From positions 11,656,001 to 11,720,000 of the forward strand of contig OZ024748.1 of NCBI GenBank assembly GCA_964016885.1: a stretch of DNA of 64,000 bases, written 5' to 3'. The stretch comes from Eledone cirrhosa (Eukaryota). This document shows positions 1 to 15,289 of the stretch, in pieces (position 1 is the first letter of the stretch; every line of letters starts with the position of its first letter). The position numbers and the translations under genes are program-made. A model generated the notes under the pieces. The model searched no databases. It worked only from the letters and a program-made list of their open reading frames with translations, and had not been told where the DNA came from.

Positions 1-117
1 TTTAATCCCTACATATCTGTGACCCCTATGTGTTGTTGACCTTTAGCGTCGGTAACCCCTAAATATCGGTGACCCCTAAATATCGATGACTCCTAGATAG
101 ATAAACATAGAAAGATA

Positions 118-213
<96 letters not shown>

Positions 214-216
214 TCT

Positions 217-304
<88 letters not shown>

Positions 305-309
305 CAGGC

Positions 310-375
<66 letters not shown>

Positions 376-731
376 CTAGACATATAGACAGACATATAGA
401 CAGACAGACAGGCAGCCATATAGACAGACAGATATACATACAGACAGACAAAGAGACAGACAGATAGATAGATAGAAATAATTTAATGACTTATTGATTT
501 ATTGAGAATGTTCTGGAAGCTGTGGGGTACGGTAAGTCGAGAAGACGTTCTTCTCTAAACAAAACAGACAATTATGTAACAGTGCAGCTGCTTCAGATAC
601 AAGTATTTTAGGCAGAATCCACACGTAAAGCCATGCGACTGATTAACAAAGATTTATTCACTGGCACACTACAAAACCATTAGTCAGCATACGTGATGTT
701 CTCTTTCTCTCTCTCTCTCTCTCTGTCTCTC

Positions 732-773
<42 letters not shown>

Positions 774-882
774 TCTATCAACCTCTCTATATCTATCTAA
801 CTCTAACTCTATCTCTATCTATCTCTCTCTCCCTCCCTCCCTCTCTCTGTCTAACTATCTAGCTTCCCCTTTACCTCTCATC

Positions 883-976
883 GGGCCCCTGACGCAACGG
901 CCAGTTATCTGTAAGCCTGTTTGTTAACAATCTGGAACTACCTGTTGAAACAGCAAGAGCTCAGCCGTCGGGGCCC
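883..976 (+). ncRNA. Degenerate hammerhead; the only full-length version of the family-A motif in this window
   Basis: gggccc-CTGACG(C)-aacgg ccag...ctgg..ctgtt-GAAAC agcaagagctcagcc GTC^ggggccc. The 3' half matches the family-A fold-backs. Confidence 0.55.
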
Positions 977-1286
977 ATAGTCTTTCTAATATAGTCATAC
1001 TCTATTATCCCAAGAAGCGAGTACACTGTTGAATAACGGAATAACTAGTTTAAAACTGGTTCAATCCTGATATTTGTTTCACATATCAATTTGAGAAACC
1101 CTACAGAAAAGCCAATAGCACTGCTAAAACGTCGCCATCTTGCAACGACCAGCGACTAACGTAGAAAGTACAGTTGGAGTGTTCCACATCTTTCAGTCCT
1201 TTCACTTTCTCATGCACATACTCGTTTATATATATGTTTGTAAGAGGGGTGGGGTGAGGAGGAGGAAGAGGGGGGGGGGGGATAAT

Positions 1287-1427
1287 GAAGAAGAAGAAGA
1301 AGAAGAAGAAGAAGAAGAAGAAGAAGAAGAAGAAGAAGAAGAAGAAGAAGAAGAAGAAGAAGAAGAAGAAGAAGAAGAAGAAGAAGAAGAAGAAGAAGAA
1401 GAAGAAGAAGAAGAAGAAGAAGAAGAA
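1287..1427. repeat. (GAA)n microsatellite, representative of the very many (TA)n, (GT)n, (GA)n, (GATA)n, (AGT)n and (TATG)n tracts in the window
   Basis: Perfect trinucleotide run; it explains the poly-E/K/F ORFs. Confidence 0.98.
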
Positions 1428-1837
1428 GGCAAACAAGAAGAAGAAACTAACTGTAGTTCTCATTTTCAATTCATATTTTATGAAAGACTAGAAGAAAAAC
1501 ACACATATTACGTGTTTAGCGAGAATCGTAACAGAAAAATGAAGCAAAGAATCGTGTCAAAAATGGCGGAATTGTTCAATTGAGTGTTTCATTTTGGCTT
1601 TTAGCTGGTTAATCGATTTTAGGTTGGCTGTTCTGTGTATTCGTCTTGTTTTTGTATTCATGTTAATTATATATTCATGCAGTTTATTCCATGGATTTGT
1701 CATATATATATATATATATATATCAATGTAAATATATATCAATATAAATATCCCTTTTGCTTATATATATATATATATATATTTATGTTTATATACATAT
1801 ATGTGTGTGTATGTATATATACATACAAATATTGATT

Positions 1838-1868
<31 letters not shown>

Positions 1869-1911
1869 GTGTATATATGTGTGTATGTATATATACACAT
1901 ACAAATACATT

Positions 1912-1942
<31 letters not shown>

Positions 1943-2245
1943 ATGGTATGCCGAAGTGTAGTACCTTAAAAACCAATAAGTTATCATCGCCTAGTGCTAA
2001 AAGACTTCCAACTTAATCTTACAAACAAAAACACGAGAATTTCCTCTTTTTCCTTCGTCCTTACTTTCTTTTTATTTCTTACAATTATGGTCTTGGGATG
2101 GTGGTGGTGGAGATGTCAGTGGTGGTGGTGGTGAGAGCGAGGGCAGTGGTGGTAGTGGTGTTGGGTTTTTTCTTTCAATTCTCTATTATTTGTTGATATA
2201 TATATTTGAACCAGTACACACACATATATATATATTATATTCCTG

Positions 2246-2299
<54 letters not shown>

Positions 2300-2305
2300 C
2301 ATATA

Positions 2306-2349
<44 letters not shown>

Positions 2350-2355
2350 TATATG

Positions 2356-2439
<84 letters not shown>

Positions 2440-2457
2440 TATATATATGTACATATA

Positions 2458-2512
<55 letters not shown>

Positions 2513-2523
2513 ATATATATATG

Positions 2524-2556
<33 letters not shown>

Positions 2557-3513
2557 GTGTGTGTTGTGTGTGTATTAATATATTTATTTATTAGTTTCCA
2601 CAGTATCTGAGATGTCAAAATTCTCATCTTCTCAATGAATATTAAAGAAATTATCTTTTTTAATACAAAAATATAAAAATCCAGAAATTCATAAATCGTT
2701 TGTCCAATTTTGTTTCTTCTTCTTCTTCTTCTTCTTCTTCTTCTTCTTCTTCTTCTTCTTCTTCTTCTTCTTCTTCTACTACTACTACTACTACTACTAC
2801 TACCACTACTTTTTCTTCTTTTTATTCTCTTTCTTCTTCTTGTTATTATTTCTTCTTTTTCTTCTTCTTGATATATTATTTGTTATTATTTGTTTATTCT
2901 AATTTTATTCTGTTTTTATTATTGTTGTTGTTGTCGGTGGTGGTGGTGGTGGTGTTGGTGGGGGAGGGGGGTTCCTGATCCAATCCCTCTCGTTTCTTCT
3001 CTCTCTCCATTCAATAATGACGTGGAAGGAAAGCTGGAGAAATTGCAGCAACAATGAACAATAAAGAGACACGGTGAGATATGTACTAATGAGGTAGAGA
3101 GGTGGTGAGAGGTGGTGGTGAGAGGTGGTGGTGAGGGGTGGTGAGAGGGGCAGGGAGATGTAGTGAGAGGTGATGAGAGAGAGGTAGTGAGAAGTAGCGA
3201 AAAAGGCAGGGAGATGTAGTGAGAGGTAGAGGGAAGTAGTGAGAGGTTGTGAGCGGCGGTGAGAGGTAGAGAGAAGCAGTGGAAGGCAGTGAGAGATAGA
3301 GAGACAGTGAGAGGCAGAGGGAGGTAGAGAGAGGTAGAGAGGGAGAGACTAACAGACAGAGTGAAGTAATGAGAATCAGAGAAAGGTAGAATGAGGTAGG
3401 TAGAGATAGAGAGAGGTAGGGAGAGGTAGAGAGAGGTAGAGTGATAGAGAGGGACAAAGAGTGACAAACAGATATAGAGAGAAGCACTGAGAGGGAAAGA
3501 GAAATTGAGAAAG

Positions 3514-3574
<61 letters not shown>

Positions 3575-3599
3575 GAGAGATAGAGAGGCAGTGTCCACA

Positions 3600-4050
3600 A
3601 AGAGAGCAACACATAGAAAGAAAAAACTGCGTAGATCGTCGAAACACTGGATACCTTTTACAAATGGTGATTAGGAAAACATATCTTGAGAAATTCGTAC
3701 TATGATGATGTCAGAAACGAAGAGGTGTTTAGATAATTATCGCAAAGACTCCAAGACCTTGTGTGAGAGTGGGCGGAAGACATTACTAGCTAGTCATATC
3801 CTGTTGGTAATCAGATCATTGCTATTGAAAATAACCAAGAAGACGAAGGAGAAGATAAGGAAGACCATGGATGATGACAAGGAAGACCATGGATGACATG
3901 TCGTTGAACCTTTTAGGAAGATCCCAAGATTGCCAACAAAAACTCTGATAAGACAGATGAAACACATAACACAACCTTTGAAGTACATTGAAGAGAAAAA
4001 AAAACAAGCCGTCCAATGCGCATGGGTGCGTGTAAAAGATTGACTGACAG
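3600..4050 (+). mobile_element. Possible highly decayed LINE 3' fragment
   Basis: Non-repetitive, purine-rich block with broken peptide words (LASHI, GRPWM) reminiscent of RTE-like C-termini. Weak. Confidence 0.25.
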
Positions 4051-4299
4051 ACTGAACATATTCCTTAACCCTTTTTTGGTTCCTTAACCCACCTGAAACC
4101 GTCTCTGACTGTGTATGATGTATGTATGGACCAATAACTCCTGAGGGAGTAGTAGAGAAGCCATATGGACATACGGCATTCTAGGGCATTTTTAACCATG
4201 GCGAAGCCGATCTCCTCTCCATGTCTGAATACAGAAGATCTCTTCCAGAGAAGGATAGAGAGTGAAAGAAAGGAAGTGAGAAAGAGATATAGAGGAATA

Positions 4300-4452
4300 A
4301 TTGACCCCAGTACTTGAGGTAATTTTTCATCGACCTTAAATGGATGAAAGGCAAAGTTTAGCTGGGCGGGATTTGAACTCAGAGAGCAGCTAGCCGAAAC
4401 AAAGACCGCAAGAATTCTATCCGACCTTCTAACGACTGCCAATTCGCCGCCT
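4300..4452 (-). mobile_element. SINE family 1, diverged
   Basis: Reverse complement of the head and body (atcgacc...ggatgaaaggcaaagtt...gggatttgaactc...tgccaattcgccgcct). Confidence 0.72.
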
Positions 4453-4489
4453 ACAGTGTATAATAGAAAATTTCTCATCGTAAAAAGTG

Positions 4490-4704
4490 CCGTCCGATGC
4501 GCATGCGTGTAGATGTGTCTCGATGTGCGTGATTCTTTGCTTATCAATGTGTGTGTGTGTTTGTGTGTGTCTATGTGTGTATGTCTATGTGTATGTCTCG
4601 ATGTGTGTGCCTCAATGCGCCTATGTGTGTATGTGTGTGTCTTCGTCTGCGTGTGTGTGTCTCAGATATATGCCCAGCCACCTAGATATGTCTATGTGTG
4701 TATG

Positions 4705-4741
<37 letters not shown>

Positions 4742-5277
4742 CTATGTATGTCCGTGTGTGTGTCTCAGATATATGTGTGTGTATCAGCCAACTAGATATG
4801 TCTATGTGTGTGTCTATGTGTGTATGTCTATGTGTGTGTGTCTATATGTCTATGTATGTATCTCCATATATGTAAATGTGTCTATATGTCTGTGTGTGTG
4901 TCTATATGTGTATGTATGTATCTCCATATATGTAACTGTGTGTATATGTCTATGTGTCTATGTGTGTATGTGTGTGTCTATATGTGTGTATGTCTATGTG
5001 TGTGTATCTATATGTCTATGTATCTGTGTGATATGTCTATGTGTCTATATGTGTGTATGTCTATGTGTCTATGTGTGTGTGTCTATGTGTGTGTGTCTAT
5101 ATGTGTGTATGTCTATGTGTGTGTGTCTATATGTCTATGTATGTATCTCCATATATGTATCTGTGTGATATGTCTATGTGTCTATGTGTGTGTGTCTATA
5201 TGTGTGTCTGTCTATGTATGTCCGTGTGTGTGTGTGTGTGTGTGTGTGTCAGATATGTGCTCAACCAACTAGATATG
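4490..5277. repeat. Degenerate GT-based minisatellite
   Basis: Recurrent atgtctatgtgtgt and ctagatatg motifs. Confidence 0.75.
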
Positions 5278-5492
5278 ATTTAGTGCCACAGTCACCTAAA
5301 ACAATGGCGGTGTCACAGTTAGTAAGGAATTCAATCCATCTTGAGAGATTCGGAAGAAAACTGACTTTTCTTCCGGAACAAAACAAAGAAATTATAAACA
5401 AGAATTACGCTAGAGATTTCCACAGAACAATCTAGAATAGAAGAAACAAACGATGAGACATTTTTATATGTCTTGTGGTAGTAGTTGTTGTT

Positions 5493-5582
<90 letters not shown>

Positions 5583-5678
5583 GAAGTAGTTGTTGTTGTT
5601 GTTGTTGAAGTAGTTGTTGTTGTTGATGTAGTAGTAAAGTTGTAGTAGTAGTTGTTGTAATAACAGTAGTAGTAGTAA

Positions 5679-5727
<49 letters not shown>

Positions 5728-5869
5728 TGTTGTTGTTGTTGTTGCTGTTGTTGTTGTTGTTGTTGTAGTTGTAGTAGTTGTCGTTGTTGATGTAGTAGTT
5801 GTTGCAATAACAGTAGTAGTAGTAGTAGTAGTAGTAGTTGTTGTTGTTGTTGTTGCTGTTGTTGTACTT

Positions 5870-5934
<65 letters not shown>

Positions 5935-6636
5935 TGTTTAAAGGTTTGGTCGTATTTCCAGAGAATATCATAAGTGTAAGCCATGATAGAGAAAAAACGA
6001 AATAATTATTTCTGTATAACTTATATGAGTTACACAGAAGATAACTAAGAACTAGAACTAATTGCTGGTGATTGAAGAGAGGAGGGTTCAAATGTACTGT
6101 TGTGGCTTTCGTTGTTACTGCTGGAGTTTAACGTAGAAAGTGATGGACTCACCTGGAAAGGAGACCCGCGAGATGGGGTGGTTGTTACATCGGGTATTGT
6201 TGACCATATAATTGTTTCTACTTTCCTTTTTTTTTTATATATATAATCTATAAAAGAGTTTAAATGAGTTGATAGTACAATATTCCAGAGAACTGATGCT
6301 GCAAACCAGGTTCGAATACGGAAGAGCCGAACTCCCACCACTGTCATCGTCTCCATCTCTCTCGCCCTCTCCATCTCTCTGTGTTATGAGCAAATGGGGT
6401 CCCACGTGCTGGTCTCCCACGGCCCCGGCGGACAGAATGGAGAAGGCGTTTCCCCGGAGGATGGTAAGGGAGATACGCTGGACTCCCCTATAACCTAAAT
6501 AAGCTATAATTTAGAGCCACATAATCTCGTGGGCCTCATTTTTTCAAAATATATGTATTTTTCCCGGTCTCGGAATCAAACTCACAACCTCACGATTGTG
6601 AATCTCACTCTCTAATTACTAAGCCACATGCCTTTA

Positions 6637-6721
<85 letters not shown>

Positions 6722-6849
6722 ACTGCTGCTACAAAAAGAACAACAACAGCTACTACAACAACCACAACAACTACTACAACAGCCATAACAAAAACTACCA
6801 CAGCTTCAGCAACCCATACATCAATAGTAATAGCAACAGCAACAACAAC

Positions 6850-7210
6850 AACTACAACTACAACAGCTACAGTAACTACAACAACAACAACAACAACAAC
6901 AACTGCATCAGCAACAAAAACTACAACACCAGCTACAGTAACTACAACAACAACAAAAACTACAACACCAGCTACAGTAACTACAATAGCAACAACAGCT
7001 ACAACTACAACTACAACAGCTACAGTAACTACAACAACAACAACTACAACAACAGCTACAGTAACTACAACAACAACAACAACTACAACAACAGCTACAG
7101 TAACTACAACAACAACAACAACTACAACAACAGCTACAGTAACTACAATAGCAACAACAGCTACAACAACAGCTACAGTAACTACAACAACAACAACAGC
7201 TACAACAACA
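6850..7210. repeat. ~33-bp minisatellite within an (AAC)n tract
   Basis: Recurrent cagctacagtaactacaac(aac)n. Confidence 0.8.
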
Positions 7211-7373
7211 ATATACTCCAGTTTATATTGAGTCTTACTGATGCACGTCACCAGTATTTATCTTCAATCTGAATTGATTGGCAATCCTTGTACACTACAC
7301 ATGAATGAATGTGAAGATATGTCTATATATATATATATATATATATAATGCCTTTATGGTAAATAAAGAAATC

Positions 7374-7445
<72 letters not shown>

Positions 7446-7492
7446 AGTATATATATATGTATATATACATGCGGGTGCGTGTATGTATATAC

Positions 7493-7523
<31 letters not shown>

Positions 7524-7524
7524 A

Positions 7525-7581
<57 letters not shown>

Positions 7582-7600
7582 AACACATTTATATAAATAT

Positions 7601-7664
<64 letters not shown>

Positions 7665-7750
7665 GAAAAGTATAGAGATTATTGTAGCAAGAAGCCAACA
7701 GTATTCCATAATATATAAGTGACTATAACGTCAAAATGTATAAGTATATA

Positions 7751-7856
<106 letters not shown>

Positions 7857-7861
7857 TATAC

Positions 7862-7941
<80 letters not shown>

Positions 7942-7953
7942 TTAATATAGATG

Positions 7954-8003
7954 AGATTCTACAGGACTAGAACTGCTTCATTCTTTAGAAATCATCAGGA
8001 ATC
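7954..8003 (-). ncRNA. Hammerhead ribozyme of the same family as 41742, with core mutation GAAA>GAAG
   Basis: Minus strand reads gattc-CTGATGA-tttctaaagaat-GAAGC agttctagtcct GTA gaatct. A more decayed relative lies at 33260-33307. Confidence 0.7.
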
Positions 8004-8078
8004 ATCAGGAATGTTATACTCTGCAATGTATTGAGTACCTTACTTACTGTGGTTACCTCCGATTCAACCCGGAATAAC

Positions 8079-8141
<63 letters not shown>

Positions 8142-8431
8142 GATTGCGTTTGTGGGTTCGGAGTGTATGTGTGTTCGTGTGTGATTGTATATATGTTTGT
8201 GTGCATATATGTTTGTATTTCTATATATATGTGTGTGCTTGTGTGTATGTGTGTTCCTGTGAGCGTGAATCTAAAGCAAGCCTGAGTAGTTATATTATCT
8301 AGTACAGTGTTTATTCTATAATGAACTAAAAAGCCTTAAGGAAGTTGTTTAGATGGAAAACCTGTTGATTCGAATTAAAGTTATCCTCCTTGAAATTTTC
8401 TCTTTCCTTCCTCCACCACACACATAGACAT

Positions 8432-8525
<94 letters not shown>

Positions 8526-8582
8526 GTATATATATGTGTATATATATATATGTATATATATATATATGTATATATATGTATA

Positions 8583-8627
<45 letters not shown>

Positions 8628-8633
<6 letters not shown>

Positions 8634-9656
8634 TAATAAAAACAATGAATAAAAACAAAGAACAAGTTCCTTATATTAAAATATTCATCATTTTACGATC
8701 CTTTCTAGGATATATAAGTGTGTTGGTATTTATATCATAGATCTATGTAAAAATATTACAAATTATCAGAGGAAATATACATACCTTCACATATATATGC
8801 TGTCTTCAGAAATGATGAGATTTGTTTATTGAAAAATACCAACAAAGATTTAATATAATAGGTCTGTTTGGGAACAGGTTTTGAATTGACTAATAGAAAA
8901 GTAGTAAGAGGTCAAGTTGATAGAATAGTTGTAGTAGAAATTTAATTTAGGGGTAGAGAAGTGCAGGCTTATGTTTTGAATGGAAAGAATACTTTGAATG
9001 AAAAGAATACTTTGGGGATGAAAAGAGGTCAAGCCGGTGAGGGTACACGAAAATTTGATGTTATTAAAGAATGTTGTTAAAAACGAAGGAAAATAAAATT
9101 TTGGGATAGGGGTAGTAGTGAGAAATACCAATCTTATATAAACTACAAGGAATCTATATTCATAACAGTAAATTAAATTAATTTATATGTATACTTTTAG
9201 GTATTAATTTTAGGAAAAGAGAGCTGTAAGAGGGAAATAAAATTATGAAGTTCTCTGTAGTAAAGTACTAATTATAGGTTAACAAAATAAAAAAACTAAT
9301 TATAATAATATGTAAAATATAAGTGTAAGGTGTATATTAATTAGGTTTATAATATTTGAAGGTTCTTCTAATTCTATGATTGCAAGATATAATTAATTCT
9401 TGTCGCTTATTTAATAGGATATAAATACCAACACACTTATGTATCCTAGAAAGGATCGTAAAATGATGAATTTTTTAATATAAGGAATTTGTTCTTTGTT
9501 TTTATTCATTGTTTTTATTAATTTATCTTGACTCTGTTTTCCTATGATTTTCATCGAAAATTTTTGAATGCATCTTTTCTTTTCATGATATTTGGATTAC
9601 ATTGAGTTCTTCATACGGATTGGACACTACCGTATATTTTGGTAGATTTATCTACA

Positions 9657-9660
<4 letters not shown>
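8628..9660. mobile_element. Decayed TA-flanked element with a ~109-bp inverted repeat, possibly a PLE remnant
   Basis: 8628-8736 is approximately the reverse complement of 9418-9527, and both flanks are (TA)n. The interior has a strong strand skew, and only weak GIY-YIG-like words (NLIY...VYI) appear on the minus strand. Confidence 0.5.
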
Positions 9661-9718
<58 letters not shown>

Positions 9719-9802
9719 TCAAGCGTTAAACTAATATATTTCTTTCATGTACAGAGCCGTTTATGTTATATTTGTTATTTCTGCTTACCTTTTTACATAT
9801 AC

Positions 9803-9901
<99 letters not shown>

Positions 9902-10001
9902 TATTAATATGGTTTTCCAAAGAGGAACGAAAGAAGTCGATAGTTACATACGATACTCAATACATTCACAGAGAAGGTACAGATTTATTTCATATATAAT
10001 T

Positions 10002-10050
<49 letters not shown>

Positions 10051-10203
10051 ATAATAATAAATGTGAAGACCAAAATCTAACGAGCGCTCAATAAGGATAA
10101 ATATTATATATCAAATATATAACCCTAGAGCAAATATTTATTAAAATAACAGATGCCGTTAAGAGTGAAAGCAGCGATTCTTTGCTTAAATTTTAATCTG
10201 TTA

Positions 10204-10289
<86 letters not shown>

Positions 10290-10928
10290 TAGATATATAC
10301 TTATATATGTGTATATACATATATATGTATTAAAAATGTAATAATATATTTGACCCACTGACCTAGTAACACACGACACCCAGTACTAACAAACAGAAGC
10401 ACAAAATCACCTAGATATCTACAAATGTACAAATGTACAAATGTACAAATGTACAAATGTATCATTCCAAACAAAGTCTGGAATGATCTTCCTGATATAT
10501 TGATGCAAAATAATCCAATTTTTTCTGCATATTTGATAATCAAAATGGCTACCTGCATTACGAACGCTAGCTACCGTACCTTCATTTTCAATCGACACTG
10601 TTGCTGATTCAACAACCGTCTCGTATTAGATATTTTTTCCAATACTTTCGTTATTTTAACTCCCACTCCGCCACCACCACCCTGTTTGTTTACTCCCACG
10701 CTGTCTCACTCTCTCTCCCTCTCACTCCTTTTTTTCTCTCACTCACTCTCTCTCTCTTTTTTTCTCTCACTCACTCTCTCACTTTCCTTATCTATTTACT
10801 TAACTATCTATCTTTCTCTCGACAAATATATATCGACAAATATTGATACGTTTGTGTGTATGTTAATACATATATACTTATATTCGTATATATATATACA
10901 CACACACACACGCACATACACATACACT

Positions 10929-11034
<106 letters not shown>

Positions 11035-11119
11035 ACAAATATTTATACGTACGTGTGTGCATGTCTATACATATATATATAGCGAGAGAGAGAGAGGGGG
11101 GATAGATAGATAAATAGAC

Positions 11120-11200
<81 letters not shown>

Positions 11201-11682
11201 TGTATGTATGTATGCGTGCAAAATATGATATCGCCAGGGAAACAATTGTAGATCCTCTTAGTACTTCAGATTCATCCAGAAGTCCTGACAATGACCACCA
11301 TTTTGTATCATATGAATATCTGTGTCTGTGTATTTTATATGTGTATGTCTATGACAGTATAATAGTATGTATGTGTCCAGCTCTGTATTTTATACGGGCC
11401 TGTGTACGTATGTATATATATTTGTTTGCATGTGTGTATGTGTATGTATGTATGCATGAATGTACGAATGTATACGTTAGTATGTATGTATGCATGCCTG
11501 AATGTATGTATGTATGTATCTATGTATGTATATATGTATGTATGTATGCATGTTTGTATGTATATATGTACGTATTTCTCTCCCAGTCTCTTTACGTATA
11601 TATACATTTCTATGCATATATAATAAAAACGATTACACGAATATACGAGTATATATGTTTGTGAAGCGGTCCATACCCGTAG

Positions 11683-11757
<75 letters not shown>

Positions 11758-11934
11758 ATACATTAACAGAGAAAGCTTTAAGCAATACTCCGACCGACAT
11801 CCAACTCACTCAACAAACATTAGGATATACCTGAGTATAATCCTAATTATATGTTTGGGGTGCTAACTATATTGTATTTTGCAGATAGCCGGCTGAATTA
11901 TTTTATATGAGACATAATTAAATACATCTCTCCT

Positions 11935-12056
11935 TCCAGACGATCGTTTCGTTATAAGTTTTCTACAAATTGGGAAAATAATGTCCAGGTTATGTAGAAG
12001 CCTGCACATAGTCCATAGGTATACATGCAGGTGGGCACTTGTAACTCATCAGTGGA
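11935..12056 (-). ncRNA. Type I hammerhead ribozyme with a ~95-nt branched stem II
   Basis: Minus strand reads tcca-CTGATGA-gtta c aagt...actt a taac-GAAAC gatc GTC^tgga. Internal hairpins cctgca/tgcagg and ttctaca/tgtagaa; palindromic stem III ACGATCGT. Confidence 0.8.
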
Positions 12057-12279
12057 TGCCCAGCAATATCAATATAAAAAACCATACCGATATTGATATT
12101 CAGCGAGGGTCCCCGTCAGTGCTAGAATGACCACCAAATTTGAAACCCCAGCAGTCTCACAAAAAGAAATTTCACACTGTCTCCAAACGGGAAGGGGGGG
12201 GGGGTGATCGTAAAACATAAAATAATATATACGCAGGTCAATTAATTCTGTCATGAATTTTAACCACGCGTGAAGAACT

Positions 12280-12331
<52 letters not shown>

Positions 12332-12414
12332 AGATATAGGTATTAGTATTGGCGCTCTGAAATAGCGATGTATACATGAATGTATGTATAGTATATTTGG
12401 ACATATACTGTATG

Positions 12415-12459
<45 letters not shown>

Positions 12460-12839
12460 TCTCGCATGAGTTTTCATGTGTGTTTGTGTGTGTCTGAGAG
12501 ATAGAGAAGAGGATTTATGTGTGCGTCTCTACATTACGTGTACATACTAGTGGTGGAGGTGGTGGAGTTGTTGTTGTTCGTGGTGAGGGAGGTGGTGGTG
12601 GTGGTGGTGGTGGTGGTGGTGGTGGATTTATAAGAGCCATTTAATGATAAATTTGCTGCTTTTGGCAAGTAAAATAAGAGGGAGGAAAAGAGGAATGTAA
12701 AGGTGAAATGGAAGGTGAGATAATGAGATGAAGGGAGAGGGGGAGAGGGGGATGGGTTATAGGATATTACGAACATTATACCTTAGGATGTGTGTGTAGT
12801 TCTATAACAGCTCTCGTCTGCTTCATCGTTCCTTCTGTG

Positions 12840-13355
12840 TGTATATGTGTGTGTGTGTATATCAATGTATATGTATGTGTGTATATTTGCGTATGTGTGT
12901 GTGTATATCAATGTATATGTATATGTGTATATTTGTGTATGTGTGTGTGTGTGTATCAATGTATATGTATGTGTGTATATTTGTGTATGTGTGTGTGTAT
13001 ATCAATGTATATGTATGTGTGTATATTTGCGTATGTGTGTGTATATCAATGTATATGTATATGTGTATATTTGTGTATGTGTGTGTGTGTGTATCAATGT
13101 ATATGTATGTGTGTATATTTGTGTATGTGTGTGTGTGTATCAATGTATATGTATGTGTGTATATTTGTGTATGTGTATATCAATGTATATGTATGTGTGT
13201 ATATTGGTGTATGTTTGTGTGTATATCAATGTATATGTATGTGTGTATATTTGCGTATGTGTGTGTGTATATTAATGTATATGTATGTGTGTATATTTGC
13301 GTATGTGTGTGTGTATATCAATGTATATGTATGTGTGTATATTTGTGTATGTGTG
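12840..13355. repeat. ~42-44-bp minisatellite derived from GT/AT repeats
   Basis: Unit atcaatgtatatgtatgtgtgtatatttg(c/t)gtatgtgtgtgtgt, about 12 copies. Confidence 0.85.
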
Positions 13356-13429
13356 AGCATGTACGAATATGTATTTGAGGGTATGCAAATGTTTGTATGC
13401 GCATGTGTGTATATTAGTGTATGTATGCT

Positions 13430-13463
<34 letters not shown>

Positions 13464-13746
13464 CGAATGTATGTATGTGTATGTGAGGCTATGGGTATGT
13501 GTGTATGCGTCTATATTAGTGTATATGTGCGTTTGTGTATGTGTGTATGTGTGTGCATGTCTATGAGGGTATGCGTATATATGTGTATGCCTTTATATTA
13601 GCATATGTGTACGTATGTATATGTGTGTATATGTGCGCGTGTATGAATGTGTATGGCAGTGTATATATGTGTATGTATGTGTGTGTGTGTATGTGTGCTT
13701 GTATGTGTATGTATGTGTGCTTGTGTGGGTGTATGTGTGTGTGTAT

Positions 13747-13838
<92 letters not shown>

Positions 13839-14083
13839 GTGTGTGTGTATTTAATTTCCTGTCGTGGACAATTCTGCACTTTTCGTAGTTACATCTGTTG
13901 CCTTTGTGTAATTTTGTGTAAGATTGAGCAATAGCTTACATAAGTTAGTGTAATTGTTGTTGTGGTTGTTGTAGTTGTTGTTGTTGCTGTGCCCGCCCCC
14001 CCCCCCCCCCCTGCTTAATCAAACCTAAGATACCAAGGGTAACATTGTTTAATGCGTCTCTCCCTTTTTTAAACAGATATACA

Positions 14084-14175
<92 letters not shown>

Positions 14176-14355
14176 ATGTATGTATTTATATATATGTAAA
14201 TATATATATATATATATATATATAGTGCTCTACCACTACGGATATTACCTTCCAGCGTTCTACGCCTCTCTCTCTCTCTATATATATATATATGTGTGTG
14301 TATATGTATATATATATTATATATTATATATATATATGTATGTATTATGTGTATG

Positions 14356-14409
<54 letters not shown>

Positions 14410-14526
14410 TCTTGACATACGGATATATAGAGGTTTGTCTCACTAGAGGCGATATTTTGTATCACATTCATGAAACAAAAAATTACCATATACATATATA
14501 TATACATATATATATATATATACATA

Positions 14527-14668
<142 letters not shown>

Positions 14669-15289
14669 AGAAGAAACTAAACTAGTATGAAATAAATACA
14701 AGAACTACAAAATGATGTTCGACAGAATTTACAAGAGAAGACTTGTGTATGCCCTGCTTGTTTCCTCCTACATCTATAATACTGAAGTCTTTGTTTTCCT
14801 TGATGTGGAGATGTTAGTTTTTCTTTGTTAAATGTATTGACATCAAATCAGTCAAGTGTTGTTTTTATATTCTTTCAATTCTTTCGAGAAGTGTCGAGAA
14901 GTATGTCAAGTAAAACAACGCTTGGCCATTTCTTACTGATATACTTAAACACCATTAACCACCCCGTCTCTCCATCACTACTACCATCACCGCCACCATT
15001 GACCCCCACCATCACCACCACCACTACCACCACTACTACCACCATCACCACCACCACCACCACCACTACCACCATCACCACCACCACCACCACCACTTTT
15101 CAGGTTATTACAGTGACGGTTTCCTACCTACCAAAGTATCGATGGTAACTTGTATTGATACGGCCGAACCTTTGAACTGTGAAGCTGATATTGTCATAGA
15201 CTCAATCAACTGCGTCATTCATTGAATTAAATATCGATGATTCATCAGCTTGACTTATTTGCTTTAAATTGAGTGTATTATTAATTAGT

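Noticed and set aside
6140-6500. GC-richer block with a minus-strand splice-donor-like CAG|GTGAGT at ~6146-6154
   Set aside because: No supportable exon or recognisable protein; it may be a transposon fragment.
6628-7272. Asn/Tyr/Ser-rich 214-aa ORF resembling a prion-like protein
   Set aside because: It consists entirely of trinucleotide and minisatellite repeats starting at a SINE edge.
15225-15255. Isolated CTGATGA matches on the minus strand (also ~18725; CTGAAGA at ~8803)
   Set aside because: No properly placed GAAA or paired stems.
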